From a virus (Duplodnaviria; Caudoviricetes): a DNA stretch of 59,227 bases. The notes under the pieces are model-generated. The model searched no databases. It was not told the origin of the DNA and was given only the letters and a program-made list of their open reading frames with translations. Positions 26,830-37,067 of the stretch are shown here, one piece after another. The DNA lies in IMG/VR virus record IMGVR_UViG_3300031577_000001, positions 1 to 59,227 of that record. One strand, given 5' to 3'. Numbering within the stretch: the first letter of the stretch is position 1; the number at the start of each line of letters is the position of its first letter. Position numbers and translations under genes: made by a program.

Positions 26830-27510
26830 GTGCCTGTGAGCATTAACCAAATCTCTGCTGTTTGGGCAGCTTATAATATTTTAAAGGCCAAAAAGAAAAC
26901 CTCAAGCGCTACGGCTGAAGCCTATACAAAACCCGCTTGGCGTCCAACGCAATGGGATGGACTGACCTCTGTTAAATCTCAACTAATTCTAATAAAAACT
27001 AATATCGGTGGGTATTTCTTTGATGCTGTTTTCAGAGAAGAACACACAAGTACTCTAAAAATCACTGAGCATCCCATACAGTCAGGCTCTAACATCGTTG
27101 ACCATGCCTATATGGAGCCTCGACGGCTTGTAATGGATATTGGCATGTCAGACGCTATGGATACGCTCTATGACTCGCAATGGTCGGGCGCTTATACTAA
27201 GAGCGTTTCAGCTTATCGTATCTTATTAGCCCTTCAGACAGCCCGTACGACAGTTAGCGTCCATACTAGGCTTTATGACTATACCAATATGCTAATTGAG
27301 AGCATCACGGCTCCTGATGATTACAGCACCCAATTAGGACTGAAATGCACCGTTACTTTACGTGAATTAATGGTCGTTGAAGTTGATACCAATTCTACTA
27401 GCACCGATACCCAGACAACCGATTCAACCAACAGCGGCACGGTTGCGACTACAACTTTATCAGATACTGAAACCTCTACAGTAACAACTACCGCAACGGG
27501 GAGCAGTTAA
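26830..27510 (+). CDS. Baseplate / Dit-like tube initiator protein
   Basis: FDA...E.H.....IT.HP.Q.G..I.DHAY.EP. Confidence 0.8.
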   Translation: MPVSINQISAVWAAYNILKAKKKTSSATAEAYTKPAWRPTQWDGLTSVKSQLILIKTNIGGYFFDAVFREEHTSTLKITEHPIQSGSNIVDHAYMEPRRLVMDIGMSDAMDTLYDSQWSGAYTKSVSAYRILLALQTARTTVSVHTRLYDYTNMLIESITAPDDYSTQLGLKCTVTLRELMVVEVDTNSTSTDTQTTDSTNSGTVATTTLSDTETSTVTTTATGSS

Positions 27511-27512
27511 AA

Positions 27513-27848
27513 ATGAGTTACCAAAAGATACCGCTAACATGCGATGCTAACCAAACTTTTCAGGCTACCTTGACAATAGGCGATACAAGCACAACTTTAA
27601 CATTCACCCTAAAATATAACGGTGTGGCCGGGTACTGGGTAATGAGCATTTCAGATACCAGCGGCACTCTATTAATTGATTCTTTGCCGTTAGTTAGAGG
27701 CGATTATCCGGCTGGCAATCTACTAGGCCAATATGCTTACCTTGGGCTAGGAAGTGCCTATATTATTTCGACCGGTACTAGTGACTTAGATTATCCGGAC
27801 GATTCAACTTTGGGCGACGAATTTATATTGATTTGGTCCAGCAGCTAA
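27513..27848 (+). CDS. Baseplate plug-like protein
   Basis: IPL...NQ.F, W.M.I.D, PLV.G...NLL.QY.YLG. Confidence 0.75.
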   Translation: MSYQKIPLTCDANQTFQATLTIGDTSTTLTFTLKYNGVAGYWVMSISDTSGTLLIDSLPLVRGDYPAGNLLGQYAYLGLGSAYIISTGTSDLDYPDDSTLGDEFILIWSSS

Positions 27849-27861
27849 GGAGTAAATAACT

Positions 27862-28776
27862 ATGGCATGGTTACGCAAATATCAAATACTTATTACTACC
27901 GATTCAGGAACCTACTGGGACGTATCCGATCTACATTGTACCTTTAATATTCAGCGAAGCTTCAATTATCCAAATTACAGTGAAATAAATGTATACAACC
28001 TCACCCAGGCTACAGAAGCCGCCGTTATTAAAGAAGGCCAAACCGTTCAAATCTATGCCGGTTATGAAGATGGAAACTACGGAGCAATATTCTCCGGTAC
28101 TATTTTTCAGTGTATACGAACAAGAGAGAATGTCACTGACTATAAAGTTACTTTGTGGTGCATTGATGGTGGACCATTATTGAATGGTAATTTCGTATCG
28201 ATGTCATTCCCGGCCGGTGCAAGCCACCGGGAAATGTTTGATAATATAGCCACTACAGCCTACGCAAAAAAACAAATAAATTATGTTACTGAAAATCTTA
28301 CTGAGCAGGCATTAGCAAGGGGCAAGGTAATATTTGGTGAGCCAATAAAATACCTTCGCCAAGTAGCACAGTTCAATAATGCTCAGATTTTTTGCGAGCT
28401 AGGTCAAATAAATATAACCAAAATAACGGAAGATGTTGTTAACACCGGAACAATCACATATACACCGACCACAGGCTTAATAGGGACACCTGAACAGGTT
28501 GATTTCGGTGTAAAATTTAAAGTTTTGCTTGACCCTCGGCTTAGAATATCTTATCCCACAATGTTAGTTAAAATCGATCAAACAGTTATTTTAGCAGAGA
28601 AAAAAAAGCAGGGTGACACGCCGACCCAGCTAGATAAAGATGGATTATATCAAATTATTGCTTTAGATTTTATCGGCGATACGCGGGGTAACGATTGGTA
28701 TACCAATATTACTGGCGTTAACCATAACGGCGCTCAGCCCCTTCTATCTGAAACAGCAATGCAAAACCCCAACTGA
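27862..28776 (+). CDS. Baseplate hub protein
   Basis: I.VYNL, AGY, IF.G.I, TGLIG.P, GDTRG.DWY. Confidence 0.85.
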   Translation: MAWLRKYQILITTDSGTYWDVSDLHCTFNIQRSFNYPNYSEINVYNLTQATEAAVIKEGQTVQIYAGYEDGNYGAIFSGTIFQCIRTRENVTDYKVTLWCIDGGPLLNGNFVSMSFPAGASHREMFDNIATTAYAKKQINYVTENLTEQALARGKVIFGEPIKYLRQVAQFNNAQIFCELGQINITKITEDVVNTGTITYTPTTGLIGTPEQVDFGVKFKVLLDPRLRISYPTMLVKIDQTVILAEKKKQGDTPTQLDKDGLYQIIALDFIGDTRGNDWYTNITGVNHNGAQPLLSETAMQNPN

Positions 28777-28785
28777 GGTGATAAC

Positions 28786-29421
28786 TTGATTACATTACCC
28801 GAACGAATAGGCAATCGATTTGAAGCTCAAAAAAAATTGATGGAGCAACACGCCGCTGATTTTAGAGTAGCTTGCCCTGGAATAATTCAGTCTTTCAACA
28901 GCAGCAAACAGACTGTTACTGTCCAACTTGCTTTAAGAGAAAGGATAAACATTGATGGAGTTACATCATGGGAAGAAATTCCTACATTACTTGATGTTCC
29001 TGTGTTTATGCCAAGGGCTGGAGGCTATTCTCTGACAATGCCTATTACCTCCGGCGATGAATGTTTGGTAATATTTGGAGATAATTGTATGGACGCATGG
29101 TATCAGTCTGGAGGCGTTCAGAATCAAATCGATAAACGCAGACATGATCTTAGTGACGGCTATGCCCTTATTGGGGTTTGGAGCCAACCTAATGTAATAT
29201 CAGGATATTCTACTAGTAGCGCCCAACTTCGTAACGACGCAGGAACCGCTTTGGTCGAAGTATCTGGGACTACGATAAATATAACTACCAACGGAACAAC
29301 CAATATTTCTGGTGGGGCCGTTAATATTTCTGGGACGACGACTATTCAAGATAAAGTGTTTTTGTCGCATACCCACAGCGGCGTAGAATCTGGCAGCGGC
29401 ACAACCGGCGGAGTAGCTTAA
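28786..29421 (+). CDS. Baseplate spike (gp138/gpV-like)
   Basis: GDEC.V.F.D, RRHDLSD, C-terminal HTHSGV. Confidence 0.9.
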   Translation: MITLPERIGNRFEAQKKLMEQHAADFRVACPGIIQSFNSSKQTVTVQLALRERINIDGVTSWEEIPTLLDVPVFMPRAGGYSLTMPITSGDECLVIFGDNCMDAWYQSGGVQNQIDKRRHDLSDGYALIGVWSQPNVISGYSTSSAQLRNDAGTALVEVSGTTINITTNGTTNISGGAVNISGTTTIQDKVFLSHTHSGVESGSGTTGGVA

Positions 29422-29437
29422 TAATGCTGGACTTCTG

Positions 29438-29842
29438 TTATCTCCTTAATGGTTGACCAACATTATCCGTAAACATGCCAAGCGAAAGCCGATATAAATC
29501 ATAGATTGTTCCGATTCCGCACAAACCCGCTGTTAATAAATAAAGCAAGCCACTACCTATCTTGCCCACATAAAATCTATGCAATCCGGCAATAGGAAAG
29601 AAAATAAACAATCCCCACAAACATAATGATTTAGCTTTTACTTTACTTTTGTTTGATGTAATCGCCGTATATTGAACCTGATTATCTGACATATGCGATT
29701 GTTGATAGTTCGGTGCGTACCGAACAGAATTGATTGACAAATTATTTTGATGTAGCACTGATTGTTGCGCATATAATGGCGACCCGCACTTAGTACAAAA
29801 ATATCCTTCCGTACTAATTTTTCCGCATTTTGAACACACCAT
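29438..29842 (-). CDS. Zinc-ribbon plus TM2-domain membrane protein (moron)
   Basis: CSKCG..FCTKCG; GLHRFYVGK.GSG.LYL.T.G. Confidence 0.85.
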   Translation of the reverse strand: MVCSKCGKISTEGYFCTKCGSPLYAQQSVLHQNNLSINSVRYAPNYQQSHMSDNQVQYTAITSNKSKVKAKSLCLWGLFIFFPIAGLHRFYVGKIGSGLLYLLTAGLCGIGTIYDLYRLSLGMFTDNVGQPLRR

Positions 29843-29985
29843 ATTCTCTCTCCTTTTACAGTACCGTGCTTCTTTCTGGTAAAATTAGGCACCTCAAAGA
29901 ATATTCCTGCTAGAGTAAACATTATAGCTGAAAATTTACCGTCCTTTGTAGGGCGGTTTTCCATGTCCAAAAGGATGGTGATTTA

Positions 29986-30360
29986 ATGAGCATTAAATAT
30001 AGGAGACTTGATTCTGACGGAGATTACACCTTAGGCCGTGGCCTCCAAGACTACCTAACTGGCATAGATGCTGTCGCCCAGGCTATTTTAACCCGGCTGA
30101 AACTTTTCCTTGCCGAGTGGTGGGAAGACACAACCGAAGGGATCCCGATGTTTACCAAAATGTTAGGGACGAGCGGTTCTGCAACCAATATATCCGCCGT
30201 TGATTTGCTTATTAAAACACGAATAACAGGTACAACGGGAGTCACGGGGATTACTTCTTATACAAGCAGTTTTGACAGCACTACAAGAGCTTACACCTTT
30301 ACTGCTTACGTTGAAACAGAATACGGCTCATTAGAAGTCTCAAGTGAGGAGGCTAGTTAA
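29986..30360 (+). CDS. Baseplate wedge gp25/gpW-like protein
   Basis: AVAQAI.TRL.L...EWW.D...G.P. Confidence 0.8.
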   Translation: MSIKYRRLDSDGDYTLGRGLQDYLTGIDAVAQAILTRLKLFLAEWWEDTTEGIPMFTKMLGTSGSATNISAVDLLIKTRITGTTGVTGITSYTSSFDSTTRAYTFTAYVETEYGSLEVSSEEAS

Positions 30361-31556
30361 TGTCATATACCGCCCCAACAATTTCTAGCACTGGTTTAAC
30401 AATACCATCCTACACCGATATTCGGGATGAACTCATCGCCCAAGCCAAGACAATTTTTGGGAATGATGTATACCTAGAAACCGACAGCGCCGACTACCAA
30501 ATGATTTGCGTTTATGCGCTAAAGGCTCATGACGTAATGAATTTACTTCAACTTACCTATAACAATATGTCTCCCAGCAATGCCGTAGGAACCGGCTTAT
30601 CATCCATAGTTAAACTCAATGGCCTAACTCGGAAGACTTCCTCTTACTCAACCTGCGAAGTAACCCTTACCGGGACAGCCAGCACCGTAATCACTAGCGG
30701 CAAGGTGAAGGACGTAAGTGGGTACATATGGGATTTGCCTACTACTAGCACTATAGGCACGGATGGAACGGTTACAGTAACCGCCACCTGCGAAACTGTA
30801 GGAGCTATATCGGCGATGATAGGCGATTTAGATATTATCTATACTCCTACTTCGGGCTGGACTAGCGTTACAAATGCCGCTGCTGCCTCTGTAGGTACTG
30901 CTGTAGAATTAGATTCGGCTCTAAGAAGTAGGCAGGCAGTAAGCACCGAAACACCATCGCAGACTATTTTAACCGGCACCATCGCTGCAATAGCTAGTTT
31001 ATCGGGCGTGACCCGGTATAAAGTGTATGAGAATTATACTGATAGCGCATCGACAGACCCCAATGGATATAGTCTCCCGGCTCATTCAATCACCTGTGTT
31101 GTGGAGGGCGGAACTGATGACGATGTGGCAGATGTAATCTACTACAATCGGGGATTAGGGTGCTATACCAACGGCACAACTGAGGTCTCAATCTCTGATC
31201 CGACCTATGGAAATATTACTATTATTAGGTTTTATCGCCCCACTGACGTTCCAATCTATGTTGCTATGACTATTAAGTCCTTAACAGACTATACAACGGC
31301 CACTACTACGCTTATCCAAACGGCGTTAGTCACCTATTTAAATTCCTTGCAAATTGGCGAAACACTTACCATATCAGCATTGTATGGGGCGGCTCTATCT
31401 GTTCTTGATGATCTGTCATCCCCGACCTTTTCTATCCGCGCTGTAACTGCCGGAATAGCCAGCGGGAGCCTATCAACAGATGATATTAGCGTAGGGTTCA
31501 ATGAAGTAGTAACCGGGGCTACTGCCAATGTTACGCTCACGGTGACGACATCATGA
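30360..31556 (+). CDS. Baseplate J-like protein
   Basis: A.G..L...V..NG..R, E.D..LR.R, HSI..VVEGG. Confidence 0.9.
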   Translation: MSYTAPTISSTGLTIPSYTDIRDELIAQAKTIFGNDVYLETDSADYQMICVYALKAHDVMNLLQLTYNNMSPSNAVGTGLSSIVKLNGLTRKTSSYSTCEVTLTGTASTVITSGKVKDVSGYIWDLPTTSTIGTDGTVTVTATCETVGAISAMIGDLDIIYTPTSGWTSVTNAAAASVGTAVELDSALRSRQAVSTETPSQTILTGTIAAIASLSGVTRYKVYENYTDSASTDPNGYSLPAHSITCVVEGGTDDDVADVIYYNRGLGCYTNGTTEVSISDPTYGNITIIRFYRPTDVPIYVAMTIKSLTDYTTATTTLIQTALVTYLNSLQIGETLTISALYGAALSVLDDLSSPTFSIRAVTAGIASGSLSTDDISVGFNEVVTGATANVTLTVTTS

Positions 31557-32230
31557 TTACTCGAACTAACGATTATTCTACAGCCTATTATCTTGGATTG
31601 ATGACCTCTGAATATCAGGCGGGAGCCAGCCCCAAATTACTAGCATGGTTAGAAGCATTGCTTGGGCCTCTTATTGATGCTGGAACTTGTGCCGCTTTGA
31701 TTAATAGTAATTTTGACATTGAGGCGGCTTATGGTGATCAACTGGATATCTTAGGCGTTATTTTAGGACAATCAAGGACGGTCGATTTTCAGCCTAGCGA
31801 CGGTAGTAGCCCTACTTTAGATGATGCATATTATCGCATGATTTTAAAGGCTAAAGTGGCTATCAACCAATGGTCAGGGCAATTATCTGACTTAGAGACA
31901 TTGTGGGCGAATTTGTTTCCTGATGGCGCGGTAATAGTTATCGATAATCAGAATATGACCATATCGCTGACAGTGGCAGGAAGTATGTCTTCTTTAACCC
32001 GCGAACTTATTGAAAATGGTTATATTGTTCCAAGACCAGAAGGCGTTGAAATCACCTACTATTATTATGGTTCTGGGATACCTATTTTTGGGTATGGAAT
32101 ATATAACACTTACTTCCAAGGCTACAGCAGCGGTAAATGGAGAAATAGCAACAACGATAGTAATTCACTATTCTCGTACGATGAAGAAACTACCGGATTC
32201 CAGGGATATGACGAAGGATACTGGGACTAG
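31553..32230 (+). CDS. Baseplate wedge protein (DUF2612)
   Basis: A.G.QLDILG...G.SR, L.D..YR..LKAK, DNQNM, P.P.GV. Confidence 0.85.
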   Translation: MITRTNDYSTAYYLGLMTSEYQAGASPKLLAWLEALLGPLIDAGTCAALINSNFDIEAAYGDQLDILGVILGQSRTVDFQPSDGSSPTLDDAYYRMILKAKVAINQWSGQLSDLETLWANLFPDGAVIVIDNQNMTISLTVAGSMSSLTRELIENGYIVPRPEGVEITYYYYGSGIPIFGYGIYNTYFQGYSSGKWRNSNNDSNSLFSYDEETTGFQGYDEGYWD

Positions 32231-32242
32231 GAGGAATATATT

Positions 32243-33037
32243 ATGAGTTCAAACTTTTTACAGTTTAACCCCGATCAAACCAATGCTTTATCAGATACTG
32301 ACTACGCTAATAGTGCTACTCGCACCGGAGGGTTGGTTGCGGGTAAGGCTCTTAGCACATTGCACAACAAAATGTTTTATCAATGGTCCACGGCAATAAC
32401 AGCGCTGACTGATGTCTTCGTAAATCTTGGCTATACGGTATCCGATTCTGATTTATCAACCCTCACTACAGTTTTTAGTAATATTCTTACATCAGGGGTG
32501 GTAGATGGTACTACTCTCCAATATGTTGATGATGTCTTAGCCGTAAAAGACGCGAGTATTACCACTGCTAAATTAGCCGGAGGAGTTGCCGTTCCTATTG
32601 GCGCTACTTTTGAATACGCAGGCAGCACTGCCCCAGCCGGTTATCTTCTATGCGATGGTTCAGCGGTGTCGAGAACTACCTATGCTAATCTGTACGCTGT
32701 GATTGGTACAACTTATGGAACAGGGGATGGCAGTACTACATTTGCTCTTCCCGACATAAGAGGAAAATTCCCGCTAGGTAAAACAGCCTCAGGAACCTAT
32801 ACTACTTTGGGAGGAACAGGGGGCGAGACTACTCATACCCTAACAACATCAGAAATGCCATCACATACTCATACGGTACCATTAACATCTTGGAATGCTC
32901 ATTCGGGGACGGCACTTTCAAATGATACTCCGTACTATAGTTCTAGCGGAACGGCAGCAACAAATTCAACAGGTGGCGGCGGAGCGCATAATAACATGCC
33001 TCCATATATCATCATGAATTACATAATCAAGTATTAA
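32243..33037 (+). CDS. Short tail fibre with collar domain
   Basis: NK.FYQ.S N-terminal anchor; collar motif; HNNMPPY. Confidence 0.85.
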   Translation: MSSNFLQFNPDQTNALSDTDYANSATRTGGLVAGKALSTLHNKMFYQWSTAITALTDVFVNLGYTVSDSDLSTLTTVFSNILTSGVVDGTTLQYVDDVLAVKDASITTAKLAGGVAVPIGATFEYAGSTAPAGYLLCDGSAVSRTTYANLYAVIGTTYGTGDGSTTFALPDIRGKFPLGKTASGTYTTLGGTGGETTHTLTTSEMPSHTHTVPLTSWNAHSGTALSNDTPYYSSSGTAATNSTGGGGAHNNMPPYIIMNYIIKY

Positions 33038-33086
33038 GAAGACGCAGATGCGTCTATTTTTATTGCTCAGAAAAGGAGATAAAAGC

Positions 33087-36000
33087 ATGGCAGGGACAAA
33101 TAGTTTCCTCCAAGTTGACACAAATCAGTCTAACTTCATGACTGATACGGAATTCGCAGAGGCGGCAGAGACAACAGACGGAGTACAAATAGGCGTAGCT
33201 GCTGATCCTAATTGGCACAATAAGCTATTTTATCAGACTACAACAATGACGCACTCGTTAGCCCAGGTATTCGCTAATTTAGGGTATGATATGAATGATT
33301 CTAGCGTATCTACCTTGGTAACGACTCTATCAACCTTGTTGACTACCGATTATGTATGGTCATCATTTACCGGCGATTTTGAAGCTGAAACAACTAAGGG
33401 ATTCTATGTATCATCGGCAATTGGACAAACCAATGCACCGACTCCATCTGAGAAATTCTTCCTTGTAGTTGGAGTTGCTGGAACAAGTATATATCAACTT
33501 GCCCTAGGAGCCACGACAGGCTCTATTTTTTATAATGTGTATAATGGAACATCTTGGATAGGATGGAGTCAATTATCGAATGATGCTGTTAACGTAGAAT
33601 CTACAGGCTACGGAATAATCAGTGGTGGTAAAGTATCGGCACAATCCACCGCCAATATGACGGTTACCGTTGCTTCTGGTGTTGCTCATATGCCAAGCGG
33701 TAAACGCTACCCAATATCAGCCGTAGCTTCTCAGGCGATTGCAGCGGCAGACGCTACAAAGCCGAGAATTGACCTTATTTACGTTAATTCTTCTGGGGTG
33801 AATACTTATCTTGAAGGCGATCTTGGCACGGCAGCGGTGGCCGGAGCTAGAACGTATACTGTTACTACCAATTTTATGGCGGCAATTGCAGGCACCAGGG
33901 ATTATACCCTTACTACTAACTTCGTTAGCGGTGATACCGTAGTATTTGATGGAAAAACATTTACAGCCACAACTGCAACTCAAGACACTGCTGATTTCGT
34001 AGTAGGATCAACAATTACAGCCTCTATGACAAATTTAGCGACTGCATTAAACGCGAATACTACCGTAGCAGCAACCTATATCGCAACCGAATCCTCTGGC
34101 GTAATTACCGTAACCGAGATTACCGCAGGCGGTGGCAATACGCCGGGAACTATGACCGTCACTGGGGCAGGCGTTATTTCTGCTGGTACAGCGACTACTA
34201 GCACTGCGGCAGACACATTAACAGTTGATGGTATTACTTTTACAGCAACAGCCTCAACAACTAGTTCAACTAAATTTGCCGTAAGTTCAACTATTGCGGC
34301 GACTGTAGCCAATATAGCAATAGCGTTAGGAGACAATGCTACTGTTACCGGCACATATACAGTTACTTCTAGTGGCGCTACATTTACGCTCACTGAAACC
34401 ACGGCAGGCGGTGGTAATACTCCTGCAGCAGCAACATGTAGCGGCACTGGCGTAGTAACTAGTGGAACGGCTATTACAAGCACGGCGGCAATATGGGCAG
34501 CAGCCCCTACTTTACCAACTGGAGCATTATCATTAGCCGAAATTGCAGTTTCGGCTAATATAACTACGATCACTAGTAGCAATATTACCGATACCCGAAC
34601 GATTAAAGTAAACTTACAATCGTTAACTGATTACACGGGAACAGCTAAAGTGGCTGATATAATATCAAAAGGACCAAAGGTTGATGTAAGAGCGTTTGGG
34701 GCAACTGGTGACGGTTCTACAGACGATACCGCTGCAATACAACTAGCATTTAATTCAGTTGCTACAGGAGAAATGTTATTATTTCCACCAGGAACATATC
34801 TTCATACCGGATTAACATTATCGAAAAGGATTAATATTGTAGGCAGTGGTAACCTTTCCACTATACTAAAAAACATAGGGACAGGCGACGCTATAACTAT
34901 TTCGTCGGGTATAATGTATGGTAGTTTTAGGGATATAACCATTCGCGGGAATGGCACTACCAACTATGGCGCAGATGCTACAAGCGGAAACGGTATAGTC
35001 TTTAGCAATAATGCCGTTATGTGGGATTTTTGTAATGTTAGCGTATACTATCATGGAGGATTTGGTTTTTATGCGTGCGGCAATGGCAATGTAAATAATA
35101 TATATATCCGTAACTGTCAAATAGAACATTGTCTTAATGGTGGCATACGTTTTATCCAGACCAATTCGTCTAACCAGATAAACGCTATATATATAGATAA
35201 ATGCAACATCGCCGGACACGGTGGCAATGCTGTTGAGTTGTGGGGACAATCAATTGTAGTTCAAAATAATACTATCCAGAGTAATAAAGGATATGGAGTT
35301 ATTGTTGATGCTGAGATAGAACCGAATGGCGATGGAACAACATGTTTTGCCTCAAGTATTTCTATAAAAGATAACTATTTTGAAAAGTGCAATTTAGGTT
35401 TTATATATGCAAGAGCATATTATATAAGTTCAACCTATGTTAGGTATATAAGCGGTCTTACAATTGAGGATAATTATGGTAATTTTAGCAAAATCAGCGG
35501 AGATACTGTTTCGGGTACTGTTTCATGTGTGGAAGTTGCTGCACCGCTTTGGTATAGCTATGACAACTACCAAATAGCAGGGTTCAAATATGCTGGTAAT
35601 TCTTTCTCTTATACTGACACTGCAACATATATTCTCAATTGCAATAACGTGCTTAGCTGGGATAGTGTCGTCGAAGTGAATGCCGTGTCTACGGCGGTTA
35701 CTAGTTCTAGTCTGTATGTCAACTTGGGAAGAGCCAAGACAGGTTTTACAAATCTTAATATTCCAGTCCGGAACACGGTAATAAGCGGCCCTGTTGACTC
35801 TAGCGGATTACCAGCAAATTTATCAGCAGTTAGCGGCTCATTGGCTATTAGTGAATTATCCGGGAGTATGACAACATGGGCTAATGGGTTTGATGCAAAT
35901 GGGCAAGTTGACTATATACAATTATTAACGGCAGACGTATCAAGCGCATGGTCATCATTGACAGCCAGTTCAACCTTGTATTTATATAAAAGACATGGAA

Positions 36001-36557
36001 CAACAAAAAATACAATAACATATGAATTTACAACAATTAAGCCGATCTACCAGGATTATGCTCCAACTACTACTACCAATAATACGTGGTACTTCAATAC
36101 AAAAACCATGATTGGCTATGCTTATAGTTCGTCTTCATCGGCATGGTCAGTAAGCCCGAGGGTTTATATCGGCGAGTGTGTAACAGGAACATCTTTGGTG
36201 ACAAGTGTCACCTGTTACGCCTACCAAGGCAAATATAAAAGCCAAGCGTACACTACCCCTGCAACCGCAACGGCGGTATCGGAAAGCCACAACATAGGTA
36301 TGATGCCTAGGATTGTACAGGCGCGTTTACAATGTATTACTACTGATTTAGGCCATACGGTAGACGATGAAATAGGCTCATATGCTTCATACGATGGAAC
36401 ATATATGTTACCTATTGCACCAACGGTCAACCGGCTTACAATCGGTGTAACTACCGGTAGTTCCGGCTTGTATGGTATCAATAAGTCTACCGGGGTAGGA
36501 GCAAGCCTAACGTTAGCCGATTGGGGCTATGTATTCGAAGCGGAGAGGGGATGGTGA
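33087..36557 (+). CDS. Large tail fibre/tailspike with pectate-lyase-like beta-helix
   Basis: Anchor paralogous to 32243; VDVRAFGATGDG.TDDTAAIQ.A...FPPGTY. Confidence 0.88.
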   Translation: MAGTNSFLQVDTNQSNFMTDTEFAEAAETTDGVQIGVAADPNWHNKLFYQTTTMTHSLAQVFANLGYDMNDSSVSTLVTTLSTLLTTDYVWSSFTGDFEAETTKGFYVSSAIGQTNAPTPSEKFFLVVGVAGTSIYQLALGATTGSIFYNVYNGTSWIGWSQLSNDAVNVESTGYGIISGGKVSAQSTANMTVTVASGVAHMPSGKRYPISAVASQAIAAADATKPRIDLIYVNSSGVNTYLEGDLGTAAVAGARTYTVTTNFMAAIAGTRDYTLTTNFVSGDTVVFDGKTFTATTATQDTADFVVGSTITASMTNLATALNANTTVAATYIATESSGVITVTEITAGGGNTPGTMTVTGAGVISAGTATTSTAADTLTVDGITFTATASTTSSTKFAVSSTIAATVANIAIALGDNATVTGTYTVTSSGATFTLTETTAGGGNTPAAATCSGTGVVTSGTAITSTAAIWAAAPTLPTGALSLAEIAVSANITTITSSNITDTRTIKVNLQSLTDYTGTAKVADIISKGPKVDVRAFGATGDGSTDDTAAIQLAFNSVATGEMLLFPPGTYLHTGLTLSKRINIVGSGNLSTILKNIGTGDAITISSGIMYGSFRDITIRGNGTTNYGADATSGNGIVFSNNAVMWDFCNVSVYYHGGFGFYACGNGNVNNIYIRNCQIEHCLNGGIRFIQTNSSNQINAIYIDKCNIAGHGGNAVELWGQSIVVQNNTIQSNKGYGVIVDAEIEPNGDGTTCFASSISIKDNYFEKCNLGFIYARAYYISSTYVRYISGLTIEDNYGNFSKISGDTVSGTVSCVEVAAPLWYSYDNYQIAGFKYAGNSFSYTDTATYILNCNNVLSWDSVVEVNAVSTAVTSSSLYVNLGRAKTGFTNLNIPVRNTVISGPVDSSGLPANLSAVSGSLAISELSGSMTTWANGFDANGQVDYIQLLTADVSSAWSSLTASSTLYLYKRHGTTKNTITYEFTTIKPIYQDYAPTTTTNNTWYFNTKTMIGYAYSSSSSAWSVSPRVYIGECVTGTSLVTSVTCYAYQGKYKSQAYTTPATATAVSESHNIGMMPRIVQARLQCITTDLGHTVDDEIGSYASYDGTYMLPIAPTVNRLTIGVTTGSSGLYGINKSTGVGASLTLADWGYVFEAERGW

Positions 36558-36558
36558 C

Positions 36559-37029
36559 ATGAGTATATCAATAACTAAATCTTTCACAACAACAACCGAA
36601 ACTACAACTACGGTTACGGCTACAGCGGTAGATATATTAAGCATTTTTGATGATGTTGGCACGTCAACAGTCCAAGTAGTATGCCATTTCACACTATCAG
36701 ATAGTACGACAATGGTTAAAACTTATCTAATTGCTGGTTCTTACTTTACGCTCTTAATGAGTGCAGCCCCAAGTTGGGCCATCGGAAAACCGGCGAACGA
36801 TTACAGAAAAGAAGACATCTGGTGGATAATTACATATATGGATGCCGGGTCCCCTGCACTATGGGTTGCAAGCACAGCATATGCAGTTGACGATGTTGTC
36901 TATTACGGTAAAAATGTTTATACCTGCACTGTCGCCGGGACTTCTGGCACAACAGCACCAACGGCAACGTCCGGCACAACCACAGACGGGACAGTTACCT
37001 GGACATGGAAAGAATCGTTAGGTAGTTAA
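36559..37029 (+). CDS. Fibre-associated protein with CBM-like C-terminal motif
   Basis: W.ASTAYAV.D.V......Y.C..AGTSG...P......DG.V.W. Confidence 0.7.
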   Translation: MSISITKSFTTTTETTTTVTATAVDILSIFDDVGTSTVQVVCHFTLSDSTTMVKTYLIAGSYFTLLMSAAPSWAIGKPANDYRKEDIWWIITYMDAGSPALWVASTAYAVDDVVYYGKNVYTCTVAGTSGTTAPTATSGTTTDGTVTWTWKESLGS

Positions 37030-37062
37030 AAAATACTAGGATATTTTGTATCCTAGTATTTT
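37029..37062. terminator. Bidirectional terminator
   Basis: aaaaatactaggata-ttttg-tatcctagtatttt between convergent genes. Confidence 0.8.
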
Positions 37063-37067
37063 TACTA

